The notes under the pieces: generated by a model | What the model saw: the letters and a program-made list of their open reading frames with translations, nothing else | What the model was told of the DNA's origin: nothing | Database searches by the model: none | Virus record (IMG/VR): IMGVR_UViG_3300010429_001696 | Coordinates: 129,755 to 193,754 of that record | Direction: 5' to 3' (one strand) | Length of the DNA: 64,000 nucleotides | Source of the DNA: a virus | Lineage: Duplodnaviria > Caudoviricetes | In this document: piece after piece, positions 37,401-46,117 of the stretch | Layout of the letters: each line of letters opens with the position of its first letter | Position numbering within the stretch: the stretch's first letter is position 1 | Position numbers and translations under genes: made by a program

Positions 37401-40400
37401 GCTAAAGTCATACTACCATAAACATTAAAAGCATAGGCAGAGTTACTTAATATGACATTTTGATTTATTCCTTCAAAATCTATAGCACCACAATCAAAAT
37501 TATTATTTATTGTAACAGTACTACCTGTTGAAAAAGAATTTTCATCAAAGAAGATATCATTTGAAGATGTTGGAACAGAAAACACTTCTTTTATACTAAC
37601 ATCATCTAAATAATCATCCGCCGCGATCAACGTATATAATTCAAAATAATAGGTATAGTTATTGTCTGGGATATAATAATAAGGATTTGTGTTTAGGTGT
37701 ACTATCACATCTCCCCCTGGAGATGGAGTGAATATAGTATATCCAGAATTATTTGTGTGATATATAGCATAAGTCTTGCCGGACACAAAACTCATTGGAG
37801 TTGTTGAATATAAATATTTGGTTCCACCAGTTGAACTAAAATGTAATCTATAATTTATGTTATCCCAATCTAGAACATCATAGTTTCCAGCCCAACCAGT
37901 AATACCGGAGTCAAAACTTCCATTTATTATCATTTCGTCACCATAAGAATACCCGCTCAATCCACCTGATGTTGCCGACCAATGTGAAGCATCTGTAATA
38001 TTGCCCGAGTCTCCCACCCAATATCTTGGTACATTGAAAGTCCACCCACTATTTCCTCCACTATCTGTGGATGCCCTAGCGAATAAATTATTAGCAACCG
38101 AATATGATATATCTGTATATTTAACATCAGCATACCCACTTGAAGTCTTTGATAATGTGAAAGTTGAACCTGTAACAGTAGATGTTATTGTTATACCGCT
38201 TGATGAAGTGCCTTTTGAAATGAGTGCATCAAATGTGGTTGTTGTTCCATTTGTGAATTTAACTTTACGACCTGGATTTATAATCAATTCATTAACCGTT
38301 AGTGAATTGATGGTGCTATAATAACCAGTGCATTCACCAGCGAACCACATTTTATTTAGAATTAATCCGCTTTTATTATTACATATTATAGGACTGGATG
38401 AACTATTACAGTTAAATTTAACTGTTGAACCTTCAGCATATATTTTAGAATCATATCCAGCATATGTTGAAAGAGGCTGTCCAGAACCATTTAAATTTAT
38501 CGTACCATTACCAAGATAAACGGTACCATATACACGAAGTCCTCCCACGTTAATTAAATTAAAATCGTTGAAATCAAAAGTCCCTGTAACTATTTGAAAA
38601 GCTGCATCAGCCCCAACATATGACAGTTGAATATCACTTTGATTCGTGTACACGCCATTAACACAATTTACTAGTAAATAACATAAAGGTCTGTTATATG
38701 TATTTAGTGCATAATCACCTCTACCAAATAGGCATATAGTATATGAACCAGAGTATGATATATTGTTACCTAAAATAAAATTACCATAGCTCTCAGTTGT
38801 TATAGTGCTAAAAGCTGTTGTTATTGATTGGCTCACATTTGACATATCAAGAGATTTGCCAATTCTTTCACAGTTAAAACTTAAAGTACATCCAGTTGTA
38901 AATGAATTTTCATCAAATATGACATTATCCTGAGGTAATGGAACTCTACCTGGTGTTACTCCACTACTATTTAAAAACCATTTGGATGAATCAGACCATA
39001 AAGTCGAAGAGGATCCAGTATGATAATAATATTGAGTTTGACCAGATGTGAATGTTATACCTGAATTACCATAACAGTCTCCAGAACCGCCTTCTATATT
39101 TGACAAATCGAATATAGTTTCACCAGATAAATATATGTCACGAAAGTCAATGTTGGATGCTTCAACAGATGGCGTTGTAATTTTATATTGTGTTCCAAGT
39201 GTATATGAATATAAAAGAGATCTATAATTTGTCGAATTAGAACCACTTAAAATTAATTTATTGTTGACTATTTGATTACCAGATATATATATGTCATTAT
39301 ATATTGTTGGTGAACCACTAATTGTTAAATTGTTAAATATATTATTACCTATCATGGCTCCGCTAGGATAACCAGTTCCAGTATAATATATAAGATCATA
39401 ATAAGTTTTATTACCCCCAATAAATCCAGCGTTTGTTGTTATTATTAATGTTGATGTACCAGCGTTTAATGTTCCAGTACAAGACCATCCTGCTGTAGTA
39501 ATTGTCGATGTACCCAAATTCGTAATTCCGTCTCCTTGTGTCCAAAATCTATTCCAGTTAATATTATGATTGTTTGTGTTGAATGTTCCTGGTCCAACAT
39601 TACCAATACCAGATGTCCAATCATCTCTTAAATTATATGTACCACCACCAGCAAAATAGAATCTATTCCAATATGAAGAATTTCCATTTGTTATGATATC
39701 CACGAAATTCGATGACATAAAATAGAGATAACCTGTTGACGAAAATGACGCTGTTAATTTATCATTTAATATGAAGTTACCATAAACATTTAAATTATAA
39801 GCAGAATTTGTCAATGTAACTGGTTGAGTTATACCGCTCCAATTCATATCATAACAATTAGCTGTTGTACTTATTGTTATAGTACTTCCGGTTGAAAAAC
39901 TATTTGAATCGAAATAAACTGAATCCCCAGACGTTGGTATTGTTGCACCACTCACACCACCAGATGTATATGACCAATGTCCTGCATCATTCCAGTTTCC
40001 AGAATCCCCAACCCAATATCTAACATTAGACTCACCAAAAGTCCACCCTGTGTTATTGCCACCATCTGTGCTATATAAACCAGCATTTTGTGAAGGAGAG
40101 ACTATAGAATCGCTTATTGTCGCATATTCTACTGCCCAATTATTAGTCACACCACTCAACGTATGAGTTAAACCAGATGTGACCGAGCCTATTGTTATAC
40201 CAGAAGAAGCTGTTCCTACAGCGTTTAGATATTTTATAGATGATGTTGTGCCCCCAGTAAATCTAACTTTTCTTCCAGGATCTATCTTTATTTCATTGAT
40301 GATATTTCCATCTTCCATATCGAAATATCCTGTATGATTTCCAGAGAACCAGATATTATTTAATTTGTATCCGCTGGCATACCCCATAGATAAAATATAA

Positions 40401-42043
40401 TTCGATGAAGTGGATGTAGGTTCAAATTTTATAGTAGAGTTACCCTCATTAAAAAGCATATAAGCCCCACAATAAAAATCCCTTTGAACTTTTATTGTGC
40501 CAGACCTAGCATAAATTTGCCCATTTTGACAATAGCTGACAGAGAAAGAAAGACAACTCAAATTATAATTATTGAAGTCTATGTTGTATAAAGAATCATT
40601 ACCACCTGCTCCAAAACCACCCAGTAATGTTGTGTCACTTAAAAACACAAATCCACCATAACTTAGATAGATAGAATAATGAGTTTTATTGTATGTGTTA
40701 ATATTAGCTGTTGATCTATTATAGAAATAATACACATAATTACCACTTGGAGTAATATTATCTCCAAGTATGTAATCGCCAAAACAAGTTGCATTATTTA
40801 CTGTTGTTGCCGTAATCGGAAAGGTTACACCAGACATATTGAGATTTCTTCCTAGACAACCACAATTTATTGTTAAAGTGCATCCAGTTATAAAAGAATT
40901 TTCATCAAAAATAACATCATCTTGTGGAAGAGGAACTCTTCCTGGTATGACTCCATTAGTGTTCAGGTACCAGTTGTATGAATCTGACCACAAAGCTGTT
41001 GTGCCCGTCGTATAAAAGTATTGAGTTTGACCAGATGTGAATGTTATACCAGAATTATTGTATTGATCGCCAGCTCCACCTGGTATATTTGATAGATCAA
41101 ATATAGTTTCACCAGATAAATAAATATCTCGAAAATCTACATTAGCAGAATCAACATTATTTGTTGTAATTTTATACTGTGTTCCAAGAGATGATGAATA
41201 AATTAACAATCTATTCGTAGTTGAATTATATCCTTTTATTGTAAGTGTGTCATAAATTGTTATATTTGGAAAACCGTATTCTCCTATACTTAATCCTCCA
41301 CTTGATGTAGTAGTTTTATTGATCGTGACGTTATTGAAAGTACAATTTCCCCAAATTGAATAATTGTTAGCTATAACATTATAATAATTAGCAGATGATA
41401 AATAACTACCTCCTCCAGAACCACCTGTTGTTTCTATGGTTGAAGTGCCTGGTATAATTGTCCATCCGCCATGACCATATATCGCGCCTACTAAAATATA
41501 AGAAGAACCGAATGATAAAGTTCTGGTTCCGGTAATACCTAATGTACTTATAGTCCCAAGTGTAATATTTTTACTATTTGTATTCCAAGTGCCATTTACT
41601 GGCAATAATGTTGTTGAGTTTGATGTCCAATTGTCTTGATTTACCCATGTTCCGCCTGAATTATCCATGTATATTCTATTCCAGTAAGATGTGTTTCCAC
41701 TACTAGTTATCCACTGCATGTCACTAGCTTTTAAATATAAGTATCCAGTACTAGCGAAACTCGTACTTAATTTTTCTGATAAGAATAACGATCCATATAC
41801 ATTTAGATTGTAAGACGAATTAACCAGGTTAACGCTCTGATTTATACCTGTCCAGATAAAATCATTACAATTGGCTTCAGAGTTTATTGTTACAGTAGAA
41901 GTCCCTGTAAAACTCAAATTATTAAAATAGACTGAATCGCCCGATGTCGGCACAGTTGCTCCACTGACACCGCCAGATGTCTCACTCCAATGACTAGAAT
42001 CGTTCCAGTTGCCGCTATCATTTATCCAATATCTATTACTCAT
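31469..42043 (-). CDS. giant repetitive beta-rich protein, putative tail fibre/virion adhesin
   Basis: 3524 aa; four large units each starting [RK]YW.xDSGxW/I, repeated GRVPLPQDD..FDENSF; two C-terminal LamG-like modules (SFWxK, NxWY). Confidence 0.75.
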   Translation of the reverse strand: MSNRYWINDSGNWNDSSHWSETSGGVSGATVPTSGDSVYFNNLSFTGTSTVTINSEANCNDFIWTGINQSVNLVNSSYNLNVYGSLFLSEKLSTSFASTGYLYLKASDMQWITSSGNTSYWNRIYMDNSGGTWVNQDNWTSNSTTLLPVNGTWNTNSKNITLGTISTLGITGTRTLSFGSSYILVGAIYGHGGWTIIPGTSTIETTGGSGGGSYLSSANYYNVIANNYSIWGNCTFNNVTINKTTTSSGGLSIGEYGFPNITIYDTLTIKGYNSTTNRLLIYSSSLGTQYKITTNNVDSANVDFRDIYLSGETIFDLSNIPGGAGDQYNNSGITFTSGQTQYFYTTGTTALWSDSYNWYLNTNGVIPGRVPLPQDDVIFDENSFITGCTLTINCGCLGRNLNMSGVTFPITATTVNNATCFGDYILGDNITPSGNYVYYFYNRSTANINTYNKTHYSIYLSYGGFVFLSDTTLLGGFGAGGNDSLYNIDFNNYNLSCLSFSVSYCQNGQIYARSGTIKVQRDFYCGAYMLFNEGNSTIKFEPTSTSSNYILSMGYASGYKLNNIWFSGNHTGYFDMEDGNIINEIKIDPGRKVRFTGGTTSSIKYLNAVGTASSGITIGSVTSGLTHTLSGVTNNWAVEYATISDSIVSPSQNAGLYSTDGGNNTGWTFGESNVRYWVGDSGNWNDAGHWSYTSGGVSGATIPTSGDSVYFDSNSFSTGSTITISTTANCYDMNWSGITQPVTLTNSAYNLNVYGNFILNDKLTASFSSTGYLYFMSSNFVDIITNGNSSYWNRFYFAGGGTYNLRDDWTSGIGNVGPGTFNTNNHNINWNRFWTQGDGITNLGTSTITTAGWSCTGTLNAGTSTLIITTNAGFIGGNKTYYDLIYYTGTGYPSGAMIGNNIFNNLTISGSPTIYNDIYISGNQIVNNKLILSGSNSTNYRSLLYSYTLGTQYKITTPSVEASNIDFRDIYLSGETIFDLSNIEGGSGDCYGNSGITFTSGQTQYYYHTGSSSTLWSDSSKWFLNSSGVTPGRVPLPQDNVIFDENSFTTGCTLSFNCERIGKSLDMSNVSQSITTAFSTITTESYGNFILGNNISYSGSYTICLFGRGDYALNTYNRPLCYLLVNCVNGVYTNQSDIQLSYVGADAAFQIVTGTFDFNDFNLINVGGLRVYGTVYLGNGTINLNGSGQPLSTYAGYDSKIYAEGSTVKFNCNSSSSPIICNNKSGLILNKMWFAGECTGYYSTINSLTVNELIINPGRKVKFTNGTTTTFDALISKGTSSSGITITSTVTGSTFTLSKTSSGYADVKYTDISYSVANNLFARASTDSGGNSGWTFNVPRYWVGDSGNITDASHWSATSGGLSGYSYGDEMIINGSFDSGITGWAGNYDVLDWDNINYRLHFSSTGGTKYLYSTTPMSFVSGKTYAIYHTNNSGYTIFTPSPGGDVIVHLNTNPYYYIPDNNYTYYFELYTLIAADDYLDDVSIKEVFSVPTSSNDIFFDENSFSTGSTVTINNNFDCGAIDFEGINQNVILSNSAYAFNVYGSMTLATGLTTSFTSTGYLYLKSNYHQFLRTSGVTTAFNRLYMDISGFTLVNTDDWYNNTSLLISNGSWYTNDKNIYFINYSDINAATGYGQLYLGDSNLYMNSLRIGANAFLDAGTSTITINKLSYSFVNYCIVLGKSFTFNNIIVNFITSYASVNDIDGIDMQGSTISNLIYNGYSSVGSSLIMVSDFYVDTLTLSGYNSSNYRLIVRSNTIGTEKTIYCNNLINASNVDFRDIKGSGTTLWDLSSISGGSGDCGGNSNIIFTSGQTQYFYATGSTASWSNVSNWFLNTSGVTTGRVPLPQDDAIFDENSFNQTTTLTLDCQRMGRSLNMNSLTNNTILKRSNFNEIYGDIIWSSLISWGLDTGYFTYLYSQSKESISYVNTYNINYPQQLIFKRGHYYLLSNVTCGQFNCDSSIGWIDLNDYDVTCNLFQMASSGMTLYMGNGTLEIKYNTSIPLYITSGVNLYPENSIIKFNPSSGSNAISIFIGGKTYHKLWLSGSHTGNFDIYGNNTFDEILIDPGRKVRFNSGSVQTSKYFNAIGYSGNTITIGSTTTGSTHSLIRTDNWFLDYCTIQDSIVSPNTNAGYNSIDGGNNTGWTFNASNLKYWVGDSGYWGDTSHWSYSIGGASGATLPLSSDKVFFNEYSFSSPSSIDINVDANCYDMLWTGVTQSVTISNTGHTLNIYKDIALYSGITWNFSETGYLYLKSVIDSYIITNGSILNVNRLYFDGDNNWVNLDDLNLGSSDIYHESGNWLTSGKTITTTGKYYTTGSTLKYLDLSTSTLNLGSYIDDYGVQLSAGTSQINISDFNSIFKGYDNTFYNVKFINGAYIYDNNIFNDLEISNDSNINYKLQLYDDQIINETLILSGTNSTNYRLLITSDEFDVQRSLFASDVLAYNVDFRDIVGDGSFDWDLSSIIGGSGDWGGNSGITFTTPQDQYLYSSGDTINWSDESVWFLGSGGSGGNGRMPLAQDNVIIDESFTSALEGYINFDIGDKIYCNDFDCYDINKFLFVSDNGDIPINIKGNLYLSPMFEFEQRTNIIKLVCRDSSTASLENSLLGIVSFLYGDYTIYGNTECESFQVYSDAKVTIYSQEIEITGEYSPALYIGGNNSYDTTSWCDGTTFKIDETGSSNIQIQPFSNDANCNIWLTGSITGDYEIKSDIPATTYYINYLLVDPGKSIKTSSGLTINFNNFSAVGTIESGITIGTIESGYTSTFNYTGPIVNKPVVYGQYLSIIDSVAQPSSVWYAGPTSTDLGNNSGWMFSLKGRLILYDSKLVLNKPISSHPLLYDDTAGYLFEYMPNYSTGDYDVVFNQQDTTYGISSGINNEYDNDHLFDVGKRDFNYEPTIFIKKEDGNIFEFQSENKNRYTVSFWVKLNRFSIEKPRTEVLSGLIRRKRTALLDLKYCYDNNGYQNFDCKHEGIISFGVMAPYYIYNNDPTYKFIYEPFSFTCTLTYNHHIYGSLDDNFRNRDTLSIYTDYSYNLNNWYFITMSINPASGVFNSDGGDYDLRMFVNNQQVNIAHHRSYVITNSPNAHGKKSRRSAGEIAAGPNFINKYGEEISNTNTLRFNFHKFFHLNNVNSISFAPIRVKKNLYASGPRYDFVFKNTGIDFGKLYVYDHLNVKNVYDESKDLYTSINTLLEFTPNDSGGTYSYDIEVDSGQTDTTYGIAKGMNYSTDWFNDLQTTLIKKEDGNLFDFVSIKNNGDYIISFWTKINRFPTKTNKSLPIRRKTTFLTSLRYAVDGTGYKNNSNNHDTMINFGAMAPYYIYNNYPTYKTLYEPFSFVTSISFNSTSDYGWLENGSDNSFSLYTDYSYELNKWYMVTLVINSEDHNFGNYGFYNFKMYIDENQVNISVSDNRLITNEPKKKFYYHGEVFSSITYSQTKRKSGLVAAGPNFINNSGETVSNYSEIERYINSTKFDFDNLNCVSYSPIKAKQYLIRGGKISGLVSRNSGIDFGKIYIYKNLYDINNIYNRDKNIYLL

Positions 42044-42051
42044 TCAAAATT

Positions 42052-42420
42052 TTACATTCTACTATTGTCATAAAATCCCAATTCCTCGCCAAAACATAAT
42101 GTGCTCGTATTTGTATCATAAACAACAAAATATAAGCTTTTATTTTCACCGTTTTCATCAGGCATCAATCTCCATTTCATTGGATCATCACTATTATCAA
42201 CATTATTTTTTACTCTATCTATTATCTCACCCATAGATAATTTTTTCATATCATCGCCCGTGAATAAACTATTCATTTCATATTTTGAATCTAAGTCTTC
42301 GAGCAAATGATTGGGGTCGGGCTCATAATTCTCCATAACTTTAACTGAAAAGTCAATATTGTCCAAATCAATGACATCGTTTTGTAAACAATAATAATAA
42401 TCTTTGTAAATTGTTGTCAT
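42052..42420 (-). CDS. small structural/fibre-associated protein (putative)
   Basis: Co-oriented directly upstream of the giant gene; IDLDNIDFSVKVM..Y.PD..H. Confidence 0.5.
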   Translation of the reverse strand: MTTIYKDYYYCLQNDVIDLDNIDFSVKVMENYEPDPNHLLEDLDSKYEMNSLFTGDDMKKLSMGEIIDRVKNNVDNSDDPMKWRLMPDENGENKSLYFVVYDTNTSTLCFGEELGFYDNSRM

Positions 42421-42496
42421 ATATTTTTCATTTCTTTTTTTAAAAAAACTTGAATAAATTTTTTAATATATATATATTAAAAAAAATAGGGTCCTT

Positions 42497-43711
42497 GTGA
42501 TGATTAATGATTATCCAAATTTTGTGATGAATGAAAATTTAAAAAAAGATCTCAAAAAACTTTTAACAAACATAAAATCTTATTTCAAAGATTATGATGA
42601 TATTGAAGTTTTGAAAAATAAACTTATAAAGTTTTTAAATAACTATAAACAGAAAGTTATATCTGGCGAGATAAAAAAAATAGATGATAATTTTATTAAA
42701 GAGCTCGCAACAGAAATCGATAAAGAAACCATTGAAGCTTTAAATATAGATGTTTTTTTTAGAGGTATAAATAATATGCTTTTAAAGAAAAAAGATAAAA
42801 AAATAGATAAATATTTTGATGATTATATAGATACTATACCAAAAAGAGTGGAAACATTGTATAACTCGGAGCAAGATATTGATATAACTGATGTTGATAC
42901 AGAAGATATTTATTATGATCCATATTTGGGGGATAAAGAATTCGCCGAGTGGAAAAAGGCTGTTTCAAAAGCTCCAAGATTTCGTGTTAAAAGAAAAAGA
43001 TTTGAAATAGAAAAAATTAGTTTACAAGTCGAACTATTGAAACTAAGAGATTGGTTACAAGAAAATAATAAAAAAGTGATTGTACTATGTGAGGGTCGGG
43101 ACGCTGCGGGAAAGGGATCTTTTATTAGGACTGTCACAGAAAATTTACAACCACAGTCTTTCAGAATAAATACCTTTGGTATACCAACTGAACACGAAAA
43201 AGAGCATTGGTTTGAAAGATATGAAAAAGTTCTTCCAACCGCAACACAACAGTTTGCTTTTTATGATCGTAGTTGGTACAATCGTGCTGTTACCGAGCCA
43301 GTTATGGGATATTGTACTCAAGAACAATACGAGCAATTTATGAAAGATGTTCTTCCATTTGAATATAAATTAATTGATAGTGGATATTATTTATTTAAAT
43401 TTTGGTTCTCAATAACAAAAGAGACTCAGCACATAAGATTTGAATTGAGGAAAACAAGTCCAGTAAAATATTGGAAATTTTCACCAAATGATGCTCTTTC
43501 TATGAATAAATGGGATGCTTACACAGCTTATAAAGAAGAAATGTTTTACAAGACATCTACTGAAAAATCTCCTTGGGTAGCTGTCGATTCTAACGAAAAA
43601 AGATTATCAAAATTAAATGCTTTAAGATATATGCTTCGTCAAATACCATACGAAAATAAAAAAGAAGAAATATTGGATGTTTATCCAGAGATAGTTTTTC
43701 CAATTATATAA
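42497..43711 (+). CDS. ppk2: polyphosphate kinase 2 with ~170-aa N-terminal extension
   Basis: EGRDAAGKGS (Walker A), YDRSWYNRAVTEPVMG, KFWFSIT, WKFSPND, SPW. Confidence 0.95.
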   Translation: MMINDYPNFVMNENLKKDLKKLLTNIKSYFKDYDDIEVLKNKLIKFLNNYKQKVISGEIKKIDDNFIKELATEIDKETIEALNIDVFFRGINNMLLKKKDKKIDKYFDDYIDTIPKRVETLYNSEQDIDITDVDTEDIYYDPYLGDKEFAEWKKAVSKAPRFRVKRKRFEIEKISLQVELLKLRDWLQENNKKVIVLCEGRDAAGKGSFIRTVTENLQPQSFRINTFGIPTEHEKEHWFERYEKVLPTATQQFAFYDRSWYNRAVTEPVMGYCTQEQYEQFMKDVLPFEYKLIDSGYYLFKFWFSITKETQHIRFELRKTSPVKYWKFSPNDALSMNKWDAYTAYKEEMFYKTSTEKSPWVAVDSNEKRLSKLNALRYMLRQIPYENKKEEILDVYPEIVFPII

Positions 43712-43722
43712 AAAAATAGAGA

Positions 43723-44205
43723 ATGATAAAAAGGTTTAAAATTTTTGAACAACAACGAGAAGAAGATTTAGATGATCCTTGGGGAGAAGAAAAGAAAGTA
43801 TCATTATTACCTGATTATTGGATAATTCATATTGAAGATGTGGAAGATATATTGGATGGTTTCGAAAACTTATTTGTCAATTCACTTCATTTACATTTCT
43901 ATACTGTTAATGATTATTGTGATGATGACAATTATAACGTTATAATATCTGACGCAAATTTAAATGGTGTTCAAATTGAAAAAATTTGCAAAAATGATGG
44001 CAAATATGATGAGACAGATTATGTTTTTATAAAATGTGAAGATTTTAATGATATGATAGGCCTTTTTAATGATGCCATAGAACATTATGGGTTTCACTTA
44101 TATGAGGACATAGATGTGAATGGTGCGAAATTTATCGTTTCAAAAGAACCTTTGAGCGAAGAAGCTATATTACAAATATTAGATTATGAAGATGAAAATT
44201 ACTAA
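43723..44205 (+). CDS. DDPWGEE-tagged acidic protein
   Basis: MIKRFKIFEQ...LDDPWGEE. Confidence 0.7.
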   Translation: MIKRFKIFEQQREEDLDDPWGEEKKVSLLPDYWIIHIEDVEDILDGFENLFVNSLHLHFYTVNDYCDDDNYNVIISDANLNGVQIEKICKNDGKYDETDYVFIKCEDFNDMIGLFNDAIEHYGFHLYEDIDVNGAKFIVSKEPLSEEAILQILDYEDENY

Positions 44206-44246
44206 TTCCAAATATCACATATATTTTCCTTTTTGAATTTTATCTC

Positions 44247-44711
44247 TTAACCCAAAAAAACTATTGTGTTTCTTATTCTAGCAGCATTTTCATAATCCTC
44301 AGCCAAAACATATTTATTCATTTTTTCTTTTAAATAGCCTAGTTGTATTCCAACTATCTCAGGATCTTCATATTTATAGTTTTCCAAAAGATCTTCAAAT
44401 ATTCTTTGGAAATTTTTATACTCTTTTATCATCAGATCATAAAAGTTATTATTCACCATTTCACTTAAAAAATTATTAAATTCCTCCTCAATACTTCTAG
44501 TTTTATCATATATTTGATAAGCATCTATCATTAATAGATCGATTGGATGAATTCTTGTATCTAACTGAGTCTTACTTAATTCATAAGTTTGAGCTTGTTC
44601 TAATAAATTCTGATATTTAAAATTTGTGTCATTACCACTAGTCATAAATGTCCACATCTTAACCCAATATAATAAAGTTAAAAAATCATCTATGTCTACA
44701 CAACTTTTCAT
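44247..44711 (-). CDS. protein with C-terminal UvrB/UvrC (UVR) motif
   Basis: KMNKYVLAEDYENAARIRN. Confidence 0.7.
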   Translation of the reverse strand: MKSCVDIDDFLTLLYWVKMWTFMTSGNDTNFKYQNLLEQAQTYELSKTQLDTRIHPIDLLMIDAYQIYDKTRSIEEEFNNFLSEMVNNNFYDLMIKEYKNFQRIFEDLLENYKYEDPEIVGIQLGYLKEKMNKYVLAEDYENAARIRNTIVFLG

Positions 44712-44944
44712 ATTATTTTTATATTAAAAAATATATGGAGTTTAAAAGAATTACATTGCATTAATGAATAATTTCTAAGGATTCGTCATGCCTTGCAAAT
44801 ATCCTGAAACATATGCCATTATAACTGATGGAGTTTCATGCCCACTTGTATGAAAAACGACTCTCCCTCTTATTGAAATTTCACCATAAAGCCCATTATA
44901 TTTGACAGAAAATGTTGGAGATATTTTTTTTTATTTTTTTTTTA

Positions 44945-46096
44945 CTATAAGACTCCAAGTACATTGGTTGATTTCACATAAAACGTGTCGAAATATGGGT
45001 GATCTGCTGGTACACTATTTTTTAAAGTCACTGTAGTAGATTTAATTTTTCTTCTATCGTCGCCGTTATAAGTAAGCCAACCGTTTTTTAAAGCGAAGTT
45101 TTTCATAATTTGAGTTTTCGCCCCATTTATAGAATATATTCTATCCATATAAATCCTTCCATCATCTAAATTCCAAACAAGAGCCCTGGCAACCAATTCA
45201 TCATTTTCTATTAAAACCGCTAACGCTATTTTATCTGGATTATTGCCATATGTCCTTTGTATTCTAGATCGAAGACCTTTATACCTCATACAGGAATTAT
45301 TTAAAGAACCGCCTCCACTTTTATATCTACTTTCGTCATACCAATAAGCTATTTCTTCTCCTTTAACTATTTTGACTTTTTTTTCTTTTAATAACTCATC
45401 CATTCTAGCTCTATATAAATCAACCAATTTTTCAATATCAGCTTCAGAATAATCTTTATTTAATTTCCTAAGAACTCTACCGACCCTAGATGATTGGCGA
45501 TACCTTTCTTTATCTTCAGCTTTTACTCTTCTCGCTGGAATAAATGTAACATAAGTTGTAGGGTCTTCTTTTTGTATATCTATTGATGTTATGTCTAAAT
45601 ATTTTTCCTTCACTTCAAACTTAATCGACTTTAAAACTGATTTAAAAATTTGACTTGCTGTATATGGAATGAGTTCACCGGATTCTACTCTTTTTTTAAT
45701 ATCGAGATAGTCGCTCGTTAAAATTTCAACAAAATTTAGTTGTCCTGGCACTAATGATATCTCTTTTACCTTTTCGATTTCTACTCTATGATCATATCGC
45801 TGCCAATAATACGGTAGCATTTTTTTCAAATCTGGCGAAGACTCAACATATCCCCTTTGATACACTATTTTTTTTATTTCTACTGGCTCATCAAGTTCGA
45901 CTTTTATTTCTTTTTGAGAATAATAACTGCTATTATCCACTAAAATTTTTTTGACTACACCAGTTTTACCCTTTAATTTCGTTAAACAGTCCAGTATAGA
46001 TACATTGGCAGTGAAAATGATTTTATCACCTACTTTAATATCAGCTATCTTAATTTCTTCATTTATAAAATCGAAATTGCTATAATTCAACAACAT
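44945..46096 (-). CDS. conserved phage protein, GGSLNNSCM family, paralog 3
   Basis: GGSLNNSCMRY...ARALVW...YMDRIY...PYFDT. Confidence 0.8.
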   Translation of the reverse strand: MLLNYSNFDFINEEIKIADIKVGDKIIFTANVSILDCLTKLKGKTGVVKKILVDNSSYYSQKEIKVELDEPVEIKKIVYQRGYVESSPDLKKMLPYYWQRYDHRVEIEKVKEISLVPGQLNFVEILTSDYLDIKKRVESGELIPYTASQIFKSVLKSIKFEVKEKYLDITSIDIQKEDPTTYVTFIPARRVKAEDKERYRQSSRVGRVLRKLNKDYSEADIEKLVDLYRARMDELLKEKKVKIVKGEEIAYWYDESRYKSGGGSLNNSCMRYKGLRSRIQRTYGNNPDKIALAVLIENDELVARALVWNLDDGRIYMDRIYSINGAKTQIMKNFALKNGWLTYNGDDRRKIKSTTVTLKNSVPADHPYFDTFYVKSTNVLGVL

Positions 46097-46117
46097 TTAA
46101 AAATTTTATTTTTTTTT

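Noticed and set aside
32056-38519. Short plus-strand ORFs inside the 3524-aa gene and similar antisense ORFs elsewhere
   Set aside because: Shadow frames fully nested in longer, better-supported genes.
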